A stretch of DNA of 64,000 nucleotides from Burkholderiales bacterium (GCA_035548375.1 DASZTG010000021.1:66965-130964), one strand, 5' to 3'; numbered from the stretch's first letter, positions 43,836-53,622 are shown. Notes: a model not told the origin generated them from the letters alone. Numbers and translations: made by a program.

Positions 43836-45430
43836 CCGCGTTGATCGAAGCCCGAGGATTGGGCTTGCAACTGCCGGACCGGTCGGCATCGCGTTCACTC
43901 ATGGGCGCGGCGCCGCTCACGAGCATCTTCCGCAACGTCGACCTGCGCATCGAAGCCGGCGAGTCGGTCGGCATCGTCGGCGAATCGGGCTCCGGAAAAA
44001 CCTCCGTCGCCCGTACCCTGCTGCGGCTCTACGAGCCGACGGCAGGCAGCCTGCATTTCGGCGGGCGCGACATCACGCACCTGCCGGAAACCGATTTGCG
44101 TCCGCTGCGTACGCGCATGCAGGCCGTCTTCCAGGATCCGCTGTCGTCGCTGAATCCCCGGCATCGCATCGGCACTATCCTTGCGCAACCGTTGCTGGCC
44201 TACGAACGAGTCTCGGATCGCCGCGAAGCCCTGCGTGAGGCTGGCGCGTTGCTGGAGCGTGTCGGCCTGCCCGCCGCGTACGCGGACCGCTTTCCGCATG
44301 AGCTCTCCGGCGGCCAGCGCCAGCGCGTGGGCATTGCCCGCGCCATCGCGCTCAAGCCCGACCTCATCGTCGCGGACGAAATCGTTTCGGGGCTGGACGT
44401 GTCGACACAGGCTCAGATCCTGACGTTGCTGAGGGAACTGAAGACCGACGGTTCGCTGATATTCATCAGCCACGATCTTTCCGTCGTGCGCGTGCTGTGC
44501 GACCGCGTGCTGGTCATGCGCCAGGGCGAGGTCGTCGAAGCCGGGCGCTGCGAGGCGCTTTTCGCGAATCCGGCGCAGGCCTACACTCGCGAACTGCTGG
44601 AAGCCATTCCGCTGCCGGATTTCGACCCGGACTGGGTCACGCGCGGCGCGGCGGACGACGGATTGCAGGGACAACCACAAGGGGAGAAGGGCATGAAGAT
44701 CGCAGGTGCCGTCGCGCTGGTGACGGGTTCCAATCGGGGCATCGGGCGCGCATACGTCAAGGTGCTGCTGGCAATGGGCGCAAAGAAGGTTTATGCCGCC
44801 GCGCGCGACGTCAGCGGCGTGGAAGACCTCGTCAAGTCCAGCTCCGGCAAGGTGGAAGCCCTCCAGCTCGACGTGACCGATGAAGCCCAGATCGCCGCGG
44901 CGGCACGCCGCTGCGCGGATGTCACGCTGCTCATCAACAACGCGGGCATCAACCAGAAGAAGGCATTGCTCGCCGCGGCCAGCCTGGATGATGCGCGCAG
45001 GGAAATGCAGACGAATTATTTCGGTCCGCTGCAGATGTGTCGCGCGTTCGCGCCTGTCCTGAACAAGAACGGCGGCGGCGCCATCATCAGCATGCTCTCC
45101 ATCTTGTCCCGCGTCAGCCTGCCGGCGATGGGTTCCCTATGCGCGTCCAAGGCGGCGGCACTGAGCATGTGCCAGGGCGTGCGCGCGGAACTGGCGAAGC
45201 AAGGCACCTTGGTCGTCGGCGTCATGCCCGGCGCGGTCGATACCGACATGGCGCGCGACTTTCCCGGGGCGAAGGACGATCCTGCCGATATCGCAAAGGC
45301 CGCGCTGCAGGCGGTGGAATCGGGGACGGAGGACGTCTATCCCGGCGGCATGGCGCAGGGGATTTCCGCCGGGCTTGCCAAGGATCCCAAGGCGGTGGAA
45401 AAGGAGTTCGCTGCTTACCTGCCGGGGTGA
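43832..45430 (+). CDS. ABC transporter ATP-binding protein (DppF-like) fused in frame to a short-chain dehydrogenase/reductase (SDR) domain
   Basis: 532 aa. Residues 1-287 carry Walker A GESGSGKTS, signature LSGGQRQRV and Walker B LIVADEIVSGLD. Residues 288-532 begin MKIAGAVALVTGSNRGIG with NNAG. No stop codon separates the two parts. An internal ATG at 44693 follows GGGGAGAAGGG. Confidence 0.8.
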   Translation: MTALIEARGLGLQLPDRSASRSLMGAAPLTSIFRNVDLRIEAGESVGIVGESGSGKTSVARTLLRLYEPTAGSLHFGGRDITHLPETDLRPLRTRMQAVFQDPLSSLNPRHRIGTILAQPLLAYERVSDRREALREAGALLERVGLPAAYADRFPHELSGGQRQRVGIARAIALKPDLIVADEIVSGLDVSTQAQILTLLRELKTDGSLIFISHDLSVVRVLCDRVLVMRQGEVVEAGRCEALFANPAQAYTRELLEAIPLPDFDPDWVTRGAADDGLQGQPQGEKGMKIAGAVALVTGSNRGIGRAYVKVLLAMGAKKVYAAARDVSGVEDLVKSSSGKVEALQLDVTDEAQIAAAARRCADVTLLINNAGINQKKALLAAASLDDARREMQTNYFGPLQMCRAFAPVLNKNGGGAIISMLSILSRVSLPAMGSLCASKAAALSMCQGVRAELAKQGTLVVGVMPGAVDTDMARDFPGAKDDPADIAKAALQAVESGTEDVYPGGMAQGISAGLAKDPKAVEKEFAAYLPG

Positions 45431-46013
45431 GTCGAACCAGCCTTGGAGCTGAACAGGCGCAACGTCCTCCCCCGTCAAGGGTGATCGTGCCGCCCAGGTG
45501 ACAGGCATCCTCGGGCGTAGTGGTTATTCGCGTCGGGAGCGGCGTCGACGGCGCCAGGCGTGAAACAACTGCCTTGGATCGGAGACTGTCGTGGCATGCC
45601 GTTAGCCATATCCGACACCCCGGGAAGTTTTTGCCTGTATCGGGCTGCGTCAACGGCACATCCCGGCGCGGCCATGATAGAGTGACATCGGTTGTTCTTC
45701 GAGACGCGCTTCCATACGAGCCCCATTCCGGCCGTCCGGACTCCATCGAAGAAAAACAATAATCGAGAGCCCGTGCGTTTGCCTTGATCCTGGGAGGAGA
45801 TCATGCAATCGGGCAGCTTCCCACCCGCAGCTTCGTTGCCGTGCGCATCCTGTAGCGCGCCTCCAGCGACGCGCATCCTTGCCCCCGCATGGGGCATCTC
45901 ACTTCCTTCCTGGCACCGACGCGCCTTTCCAAGGCGTTTACGTCCGTCGTCGCGCAAGCGACCCCAGGCTCGATCCCTCGCCTCCGCATGGCGCCGCAAG
46001 CGGCGGTCCCGTC

Positions 46014-49000
46014 ATGAATGATCGCTATTCGAAGTTCGTCGCCCGACGCGGCCTCACGCTGCTCGCGGGTTGCATCGCCTCGGCACTCGGAGTTGCGGTC
46101 CTTGTCGGATGGACGTTTGACATCGATTGGCTCAAGACCGCCTTGCCCGGCCTTGTCCCGATGAAAGTGAACACGGCGATCGGCATGCTCTTGTCCGGCA
46201 TTGCACTGATTCTGGTTGCAAGAGCGAAGAGGGGAATGCCTGTCACCGCAATTGCAGCGTCCATCATCGCAATCGCGGCACTTACGCTTGCGCAGTATCT
46301 TTTCGGCTGGCACCTCGGACTTGACTACTGGATCTTCCCGGATCTCGCACCAGGTGCAAATCCTGCAAATATGCGCGTGCCGCCATCGGTTGCTTTCTGC
46401 TTCCTGCTATTTGGCATTGCATTGCTGCTGGTCCGTCGGCCGACTCCCGGCAGGCTGCGCGACTCCGTCGTCCTCGGCCTCACCACCTCGATCGCCTTGA
46501 TCGGTTTTCTGGGAGTGCTGGGGCATGTTTCCGTTCTCCTCGCGGGGATGAGCTGGTGGAACTACGCCGGCATGGCCTTGCATACGAGCCTAGGGCTAGT
46601 CGTACTGGCAAGCGGGTTGGCCGGCTTGATGCGGACTGGGATCCGCATGTCGTGGTCGCTCGACCGTACGACGACTGCCGTCTTTTGCGTCGGCATGGTC
46701 GCACTCATCGCGATTACCGCGGTCTCCCACCAATTCATAACACGCCTCAACCGGGACGCTGCGTGGGCCTCTACCAAACAGGAAATCCTCAAGGAAATCG
46801 AGGAACTCAAGTCTCGCCTCGCGGCACTCGAAAGCAGCCAGCGGGGCTACATCATCACGGGCGACGAGAAGCTCCTGAAATCGCGTGACGCCGAGATCGC
46901 TGCACTACAAGCCAATCTCGCGCGCACCCGCGACCTCACAGTGGAAGATGAGAAACAGCAAAAGCGCCTGGACGAACTGCGACAACTGATCGCAGAGCGG
47001 CTGGAATTCGCCCGCCGGACCATCAGCCGGCGGCAGGAACAGGGTTTCATGCCCGCCGCCGATTTGATCGCCTCGGGCGTGGGCATTTCGCTCAGCGCGC
47101 GCATCGGAGATTTATTGGAGAGCATGAGGGATTCCGAATACCGCGTACTCGACCAACGGCGTGGCGAGGCGAATGAATTTGCCATGGCCACCTTCCTCAT
47201 CCTGCCGCTCGGCGCTTTCCTGGCAATGACCATGCTCAATCTCGTCCTTTCGCTGCTGAATTTCGATGCGGGCGCGCTCATGCGCAGCACGGCCGCGTTG
47301 CGGGAAAGCGAGCTCAAGTACCGGCAGCTCATCGAACAGGCATCCGACGGAATCTTCGTCCTGGATCTGCAAGGCCGATACGTTCTCGCCAATGCTCGCG
47401 CCTGCGAGCTTCTCGGCTACCGTGAAGCGGAACTGCTCGGCGCGTCCCATGCGATTACCTATGTGCAGGCCGACAGCCATGTGCCGGAAAACCGCCTCGA
47501 TCTGGTGAAGACTGGCGAGTTGCTGCGCTACGAGCGCATGGTGAAACGCAAGGACGGCAGCCTCTTTCCGGCGGAATTCAGCAGCCGCATGGCGGATACC
47601 GGCGTCATCCAGGTCATCTTCCATGACATCACGGAACGCCGCCGCGCGGAATCGGCGCTGCGCGAAAGCGAAGAGAAGTTCCGCCAGCTCATCGAGCAGG
47701 CTTCCGACGGCATTTTTCTGAGTGACGCTGACGGCAATTTCCTCCTGGTGAACTCGATCGGCGCCCAGATGCTCGGATATGCCGCGCAGGAGATGATCGG
47801 CCTCAACGGCAGCGTGACCTACCTCGACGAGGAGCGCGAAATCCACGCCCGGCGCATGCGCGAGGTCCGCGCCGGCGCCACACTGAGCTTCGAGCGCATG
47901 GTCAAGCGCAAGGACGGCTCGACGTTCCCGTCGGACATCAGCATAAAGAAGCTCGAGAACGGTCTCGTGCAGGTGATTTTTCGCGACATCACCGAGCGCA
48001 AGCGTGCCGATGAGGCGCTCGCATCCGAGCGCACGCTGTTGCGCACCCTGATCGACGCCCTGCCTGACGTGGTATTCACCAAGGACATGGACGGACGCTT
48101 CACCATGTGCAACGCGGCTGCGTACAGCCACAGCGGCTTTTCGCGCGAGAGCGACATGCTCGGGAAGTCGGTCTACGACCTCTACGAGCAGGAGTTGGCA
48201 GACCAGTACCACGCCGACGACCTGCAAACCTTGCACGGCAAGTCCGTCTTCAACAGGGAGGAACCGGGCGTCACCGCCACTGGCATGCCACGCTGGTTCC
48301 TTACTATCAAGGTGCCGCTGCGCGAAGCTGCCGGAAAAATCACCGGATTGATCGGCGTGAGCCGCGACGTCACCGAGCGCAAGCAGCATGAAGAGAAGAT
48401 CGCGCGCCTGAACAGGATCCAGGCCATGCTGAGCGGCATCAATTCGGCGATCGTCCGCATCCACGAGCCGCGGGAGCTTTTCCGCGAGGCCTGTCGGATC
48501 GCGACGGACCTGGGCAGGTTTCCCATTGCGCTGATCGGAATGCTGGATGCGGATGGCCAGCTCGTTACCGTCGGCACCGGAGGGGCGGGCGCGGCCCTGC
48601 TCGCCGCACTGCCGGCAGGAGCGCGCGGCGGGCCTCGCGGCGTGGCCATGCGTTCCATTGCCGCCAGGTCCACGATCGTTGAAAACGACATCCTGCAGGA
48701 GCCCGACGTCGACGAGATCCGCAAGGGGGCCGTAGCCTTCGGGTGCCGCTCCGTCATCTCGTTGCCGCTATTCAAGGAGAGCAGGCCTTTCGGCATGTTC
48801 ATGCTCTATGGCGCGGAAAGAAACGCTTTCGACGCGGACGAAATCAAGCTGCTCGAGGAGCTGGCGGGCGATGTCTCCTTTGCGCTGACATTCATCGCAA
48901 ACAAGGAGAAGATCGAGTATCTCGCGTACTACGACGCGCTGACGGGATTGCCCAACCGCACGTTGTTCTTCGACCGCCTGAACTGGCAGGTGGCGGCTGC

Positions 49001-50207
49001 ACATCGCGAGCGCGACGTCGTCGTCCTGGTGCTGCTCGATCTCGATCGCTTCCGCATGGTCAACGAGACACTGGGGCGCAACGCCGGCGACGAACTGCTC
49101 AAGGCCCTGGTCAAGCGCATCGGCGCGTCCGTTCGCGAGCAGGACATCGTCGCTCGCCTCGCGGCCGACACATTCGCCATTGCCGCGGTCGGCGACTGGC
49201 GCGCCCAGGAGCTGGCGCACCTGATCGAGATACGCAACCGGAACCTGTTCAGCACGCCATTCTTCATCGGCAGCGAGGAATTGCGCGTGTCGGCGACGAC
49301 TGGCGTGGCCGTCTACCCCGGCGACGCATCGAATGCCGAGGCGCTGGTCGCGAACGCGGAGGCCGCCCTGCGCAGCGCGAAGCAGCAGAACGTGCCATTG
49401 CTCTTCTACGGTCCCGAGATGAACGCCAAGGCCGCGGAGTCATTGCGGCTGGAAAGCCGGATGCGGCGAGCACTCGAGCTGCACCAGCTCGTGCTCTGGT
49501 ACCAGCCCAAGATCGACGCGGGCACCGGCAAGCTCAAAGGGTTTGAAGCCCTGATGCGCTGGAACGATCCCGAGGCGGGCATGATATCCCCGGCAAAATT
49601 CATCCCCATACTCGAGCAGACCGGCCTCATCCTCGAGGCGGGCAACTGGGCGCTGCTGCAGACGGCCAACGACTGCGCCGGCTGGACGGACGGGACGATG
49701 ATCGCGCCGCGAATCGCGGTCAACGTTTCGCCGCTTCAGTTGCGCGACAGGAATTTCGTCGCGAACGTGGTTGCGGCGGCGGAGCGGGTGGAGGAACGCG
49801 GTGGCCATCTGGACCTGGAGATTACCGAGAGCGTGATCATGGAGAACGTCGACTCCATCATTCCGAAGCTGCAGACGGTACGCGGCCTCGGCGTGCAAAT
49901 CTACATCGACGATTTTGGCACGGGCTATTCCTCCCTTGCCTACATCGCCCGGCTTCCCATCCATGCCCTGAAGATCGACCGCAGCTTCGTCGTCGGCATG
50001 ACGCAAAATGAGGACAGCCTGAGCATCATCAAGTCCGTCATCTCGCTCGCGCATGCCCTGAAGTTGCGCGTGGTCGCGGAAGGCGTGGAAACGCAGGAGC
50101 AGTCCGACCTCCTGCGCAAGCTGGAATGCGACGAGCTGCAAGGCTATCTGTTCAGCAAGCCGGTGGCGCCTGAGAACGTGCCCGGGCTGTTAAGCAAATA
50201 CGCTTGA
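46014..50207 (+). CDS. Multidomain c-di-GMP signalling protein: N-terminal polytopic membrane domain, CHASE3, three PAS, GAF, degenerate GGDEF, EAL
   Basis: The start is taken at MNDRYSKF (the ORF track begins 45 codons earlier). CHASE3-like segment: SSQRGYIITGDEKLL. Three PAS repeats each begin YRQLIEQASDGIF or FRQLIEQASDGIF. The GGDEF position reads AADTF (49161-49175). EAL motifs FEALMRW, DDFGTGYSSLAY and EGVETQEQ are present. Confidence 0.9.
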   Translation: MNDRYSKFVARRGLTLLAGCIASALGVAVLVGWTFDIDWLKTALPGLVPMKVNTAIGMLLSGIALILVARAKRGMPVTAIAASIIAIAALTLAQYLFGWHLGLDYWIFPDLAPGANPANMRVPPSVAFCFLLFGIALLLVRRPTPGRLRDSVVLGLTTSIALIGFLGVLGHVSVLLAGMSWWNYAGMALHTSLGLVVLASGLAGLMRTGIRMSWSLDRTTTAVFCVGMVALIAITAVSHQFITRLNRDAAWASTKQEILKEIEELKSRLAALESSQRGYIITGDEKLLKSRDAEIAALQANLARTRDLTVEDEKQQKRLDELRQLIAERLEFARRTISRRQEQGFMPAADLIASGVGISLSARIGDLLESMRDSEYRVLDQRRGEANEFAMATFLILPLGAFLAMTMLNLVLSLLNFDAGALMRSTAALRESELKYRQLIEQASDGIFVLDLQGRYVLANARACELLGYREAELLGASHAITYVQADSHVPENRLDLVKTGELLRYERMVKRKDGSLFPAEFSSRMADTGVIQVIFHDITERRRAESALRESEEKFRQLIEQASDGIFLSDADGNFLLVNSIGAQMLGYAAQEMIGLNGSVTYLDEEREIHARRMREVRAGATLSFERMVKRKDGSTFPSDISIKKLENGLVQVIFRDITERKRADEALASERTLLRTLIDALPDVVFTKDMDGRFTMCNAAAYSHSGFSRESDMLGKSVYDLYEQELADQYHADDLQTLHGKSVFNREEPGVTATGMPRWFLTIKVPLREAAGKITGLIGVSRDVTERKQHEEKIARLNRIQAMLSGINSAIVRIHEPRELFREACRIATDLGRFPIALIGMLDADGQLVTVGTGGAGAALLAALPAGARGGPRGVAMRSIAARSTIVENDILQEPDVDEIRKGAVAFGCRSVISLPLFKESRPFGMFMLYGAERNAFDADEIKLLEELAGDVSFALTFIANKEKIEYLAYYDALTGLPNRTLFFDRLNWQVAAAHRERDVVVLVLLDLDRFRMVNETLGRNAGDELLKALVKRIGASVREQDIVARLAADTFAIAAVGDWRAQELAHLIEIRNRNLFSTPFFIGSEELRVSATTGVAVYPGDASNAEALVANAEAALRSAKQQNVPLLFYGPEMNAKAAESLRLESRMRRALELHQLVLWYQPKIDAGTGKLKGFEALMRWNDPEAGMISPAKFIPILEQTGLILEAGNWALLQTANDCAGWTDGTMIAPRIAVNVSPLQLRDRNFVANVVAAAERVEERGGHLDLEITESVIMENVDSIIPKLQTVRGLGVQIYIDDFGTGYSSLAYIARLPIHALKIDRSFVVGMTQNEDSLSIIKSVISLAHALKLRVVAEGVETQEQSDLLRKLECDELQGYLFSKPVAPENVPGLLSKYA

Positions 50208-50219
50208 CTCTAAAGTGAT

Positions 50220-50254
50220 GAAAATCGCGCGAAGACGTGTTTCTCGCAATTTTC
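50220..50254. terminator. Possible bidirectional hairpin between convergent genes
   Basis: Imperfect stem GAAAATCGCGCGAAG / TTTCTCGCAATTTTC with A/T-rich flanks. It is weak. Confidence 0.3.
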
Positions 50255-50282
50255 CGGTTCGGCGTCATGTCACCTCATGGAA

Positions 50283-51248
50283 TTATTGCTGTGCCGCCGG
50301 CCGGAAGAAAACCTGCTTGTCGCGCTCGACGACTTCGTAGGTCTGGTTGGGCGTAACGATGAATTGCTCGACGCGGCTGCGCACGGAGAGCCCGCGTTCG
50401 GAGTAACCCTGTCCACGCTTCCACAGGTTGTCTAGGAACCATTTCTCGAGGCCCTTGTGCCCGAGGTTCATGCGCTCCGAGCCGAGGAAGGCCATCGGGA
50501 TCACGCGGTGATAGCCGATCAGTTCGTGATCGACCTGCAGGTATTCGAAGCCGATCATGCCCTGCGGCAGGGTAAGCGGCTTGCCGTCGATGCGCGCGAT
50601 GGCGCCTTCGCCGACCGGGATGCGCCACATGACCGCTTCCTCCACCGGCCGCGATTCGATGGCGAGGAATAGCGAGACGGCCAGCACGCCCGTGATCGCC
50701 ATGGAGAAAACGAGGTCGCGCAACCGTGCGATCGGCCCGTGCGTGCTGATGTCCAGGATGCGCGCCGCGGTCCAGCCCAGGCCGACCCAGCACAGGATCG
50801 CGATGCCGATGAACAATTGCTGCAGCGGGCCCGACAGCTCCCATGGCTTGATCGCGAACAGACCGATCAGCGTAATGGCAATGAACAATACGAGGCCGAG
50901 GATGTCCCACGTCCAGCACGTCCAGCGAAACCATTTCGGATGCCGGCGCAGCCGGATGAAATGCCATGCGCGCAGGCTCCAGGGCAGGCCGATGCTCTTG
51001 CGGCAGAAGGAGCACTGGCTGTCGTGCACGATGGTTTCGCGATGGCAGTAGGGGCACTCCATCATGATGCTTTCCATGACCTTCAGGCGCGCCGCGACCA
51101 TTTCCATGCGCAACCGGAAAATCGGCGCGACGATGCGATGGACCAGCAGCGCGATGGCGGCCCAGTACACGATGGCGGCGACCGTGGCGAGGGAGGGACC
51201 GAGGGATTGCTCGATGGCCTGGAACAGGCTGCGCAGCATGGGCGGCAC
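50283..51248 (-). CDS. Hypothetical membrane protein with zinc-ribbon (CPYC...CSFC) between TM segments
   Basis: 321 aa. One N-terminal TM segment is followed by MECPYCHRETIVHDSQCSFCRK, then about 4 TM segments and a ~110-aa soluble C-terminal domain. No family is recognised. Confidence 0.5.
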   Translation of the reverse strand: MPPMLRSLFQAIEQSLGPSLATVAAIVYWAAIALLVHRIVAPIFRLRMEMVAARLKVMESIMMECPYCHRETIVHDSQCSFCRKSIGLPWSLRAWHFIRLRRHPKWFRWTCWTWDILGLVLFIAITLIGLFAIKPWELSGPLQQLFIGIAILCWVGLGWTAARILDISTHGPIARLRDLVFSMAITGVLAVSLFLAIESRPVEEAVMWRIPVGEGAIARIDGKPLTLPQGMIGFEYLQVDHELIGYHRVIPMAFLGSERMNLGHKGLEKWFLDNLWKRGQGYSERGLSVRSRVEQFIVTPNQTYEVVERDKQVFFRPAAQQ

Positions 51249-51393
51249 TCCGTTTCTTCAATCCGATGTCATTATAGGCAGCGCGGCGGCCGGATCCTGA
51301 GGCAGGACTGACGCCAATCGGCGACAGGCGGCGCCTCGTGGTAATTTATCGCCCGTCCAGCATGATTTACGGCAGGCGCGCAAAGGAGCACAC

Positions 51394-52368
51394 ATGAACC
51401 AGCTCGAATCCCTGAAAAAATATTCCGTGATCGTCGCCGACACCGGCGACATCGATTCCATCGCCAGGCTCAAGCCGCAGGACGCGACCACCAATCCCTC
51501 GCTGCTTTTCCAGTCGGCGCAAAACCCGAAATACCGGCCGCTGGTGGACGACGCGCTCGCGCATGGCATGCGTGCCAAAGGTGATCGCACGGCCAAGGCC
51601 GAAGCCATCATGGAAAAGCTCGCCGTCAATTTCGGCCGGGAGATCCTGAAGCACGTCGAGGGCCGCGTCTCGACGGAAGTCGACGCCCACCTGTCCTTCG
51701 ATGTCGAGGGCAGCATCGCGAAGGCGCACAAGTTCATCGCGCTGTACGAGGAAGCCGGCATCGCGCGCGAACGCATCCTCATCAAGCTCTCCAGCACCTG
51801 GGAAGGCATCCGCGCGGCGGAAAAGCTCGAGCGTGAAGGCATACGCTGCAACATGACCCTGTTGTTCAGCTTCGCGCAGGCGGTGGCGTGCGCCGATGCC
51901 GGCGTGCGACTGATCTCGCCGTTCGTCGGCCGCATCTACGACTGGTACAAGGCGGCGCGCAAGGTGGACGACATTCCGGCCGCGGAAGATCCGGGCGTCC
52001 AATCGGTGGTACGCATCTACAACTACTACAAGAAGTTCGGCTACAAGACCCAGGTCATGGGGGCCAGCTTCCGGAAGGTCGAGCAGATCACAGGCCTTGC
52101 CGGTTGCGATTTGCTGACCATCAGCCCGGAATTGCTCGACAAGCTGAAGGCGGCGAACGGCGAGCTCACGCGCCAGCTTTCCGAGGACAAGGCAAAGGCC
52201 AGCACCGCGGAAAAAATCTCGCTGGACGAAAAGGCTTTCCGCTGGATGCATAACGACGACGCGATGGCGACCGAAAAACTTGCGGAGGGCATCCGCAAGT
52301 TCGACGCGGACCACCACAAGCTGCAGGACTACGTGCTGGCGTTGGTGTCGGGTAGCCAGGCCGCCTGA
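51394..52368 (+). CDS. tal: Transaldolase (TalB type)
   Basis: 324 aa. [38 protein letters not shown] and the active-site region [12 protein letters not shown] are present. Confidence 0.95.
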   Translation: MNQLESLKKYSVIVADTGDIDSIARLKPQDATTNPSLLFQSAQNPKYRPLVDDALAHGMRAKGDRTAKAEAIMEKLAVNFGREILKHVEGRVSTEVDAHLSFDVEGSIAKAHKFIALYEEAGIARERILIKLSSTWEGIRAAEKLEREGIRCNMTLLFSFAQAVACADAGVRLISPFVGRIYDWYKAARKVDDIPAAEDPGVQSVVRIYNYYKKFGYKTQVMGASFRKVEQITGLAGCDLLTISPELLDKLKAANGELTRQLSEDKAKASTAEKISLDEKAFRWMHNDDAMATEKLAEGIRKFDADHHKLQDYVLALVSGSQAA

Positions 52369-52392
52369 TCGGCCCGCGCCGTTTCGTTTCCC

Positions 52393-53112
52393 ATGGCCAA
52401 CGGGGTTCGGGTCGCGCAGCCGACCGGATTGTCGCGTGCGTTGCTGGCGGCGATCGTGCTGACTGTCGTAATCGGCCTGCTCGTGGACAGGTATTTGCGC
52501 GTGCCCGGGCAGGTCGTGGTCAGCGTGTGGACGTGGGGAATGTTTCTGGTTCTGCTCGCGCGCGTCAATCGGCAGGTTCGGTTGCCGCTGCTGCTATGCC
52601 TCGTCATTTCCACCGCGGGCGAATGCGCGCTATCGCTTGGATGGGGGCTCTACACTTACTGGCTGCACAACGTGCCCTTCTTCGTGCCGCCAGGTCACGT
52701 GTTGTTGTTCGCTTTCGGCCTGACCGTGGCGCCGCGCATGCCGCGCTGGGGCATGCTGGTCACGACGTCGGCCGCCGCAGGCTATGGCGTATCGGCGTAC
52801 CTGACGTCCATCGATACGCTGAGCGTGCCCTTCGCCATCCTGTTCCTGGCGTTCATGGCGTTCGGCAGCAATCGCAAGCTGTACGCGACGATGTTCCTGA
52901 TCTCGCTCGTCATGGAACTGTACGGGACCTGGCTGGGCAACTGGAAGTGGTCATACTGGGTGCCGGGATTGCCGCTCACGAGTTCCAACCCGCCGATCTG
53001 CGTCGGCGCCCTGTATTGCGCGCTCGATCTCGCCGTCGTCAATGCAGACCGCCTGCTGCGAAAATGGCGGCAATCGATCCGTCCGCCGATGCGCACGGAT
53101 TCGGTCGGCTAG
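52393..53112 (+). CDS. Hypothetical polytopic membrane protein
   Basis: 239 aa with about 6-7 hydrophobic segments. No motif is recognised. Confidence 0.45.
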   Translation: MANGVRVAQPTGLSRALLAAIVLTVVIGLLVDRYLRVPGQVVVSVWTWGMFLVLLARVNRQVRLPLLLCLVISTAGECALSLGWGLYTYWLHNVPFFVPPGHVLLFAFGLTVAPRMPRWGMLVTTSAAAGYGVSAYLTSIDTLSVPFAILFLAFMAFGSNRKLYATMFLISLVMELYGTWLGNWKWSYWVPGLPLTSSNPPICVGALYCALDLAVVNADRLLRKWRQSIRPPMRTDSVG

Positions 53113-53137
53113 CAGTCAACCACCAGGGGAGAGTCCG

Positions 53138-53539
53138 ATGGCTGTCAAGACCTTCGTCAATCCGGCCGGTGTGCGCCGCATCGGCGCGTTTTCGCACGGC
53201 GCCTGCGCAACCGGCGGCACCACGGTCTATGTGAGCGGGCAGATATCGCTCGATGCCGACGGCAACCTGGTCGGCAAGGGCGACCTCAGACGCCAGAGCG
53301 AGCAGGTATTCGACAACGTCAAGGCCGTGCTCGAGGCCGCGGGCGCTACGTTCGCGGATGTCGTCAAGCTCACGCATTTCGTCGTGGGGCTCAAGCCCGA
53401 ACAGCGTGCAGCCATCACCGAAGTGCGCAACCGCTACGTGAACCAGGCACAGCCGCCGGCCAGCACCATGGTCGGCGTCGACGCGCTGGTGATGGATGGC
53501 CTGCTGATCGAGGTGGAGGCGGTCGCGGTCATCGACTGA
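53138..53539 (+). CDS. RidA/YjgF family reactive-intermediate deaminase-like protein
   Basis: 133 aa counted from ATG 53138. VYVSGQISLDADGNLVGKGDLRRQSEQVFDNVKAVLEAAGATFADVVKLTHFV is the typical RidA pattern. Confidence 0.85.
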   Translation: MAVKTFVNPAGVRRIGAFSHGACATGGTTVYVSGQISLDADGNLVGKGDLRRQSEQVFDNVKAVLEAAGATFADVVKLTHFVVGLKPEQRAAITEVRNRYVNQAQPPASTMVGVDALVMDGLLIEVEAVAVID

Positions 53540-53622
53540 AGGACGGCATCGCCTGCGTGGGCTAAAATTTCGACCTGAACGAAGGGCGCGACGGATCGTC
53601 GCCCGGCCGAGGAGAACAACAA

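Noticed and set aside
45431-46013. A ~580-bp non-coding stretch upstream of the GGDEF/EAL gene, examined for tRNA, riboswitch or sRNA genes.
   Set aside because: I could not recognise a cloverleaf, a known riboswitch core or a terminator-bounded small RNA by eye. The small ORF 45520-45762 has no coding-like features. It is left as an unexplained leader.
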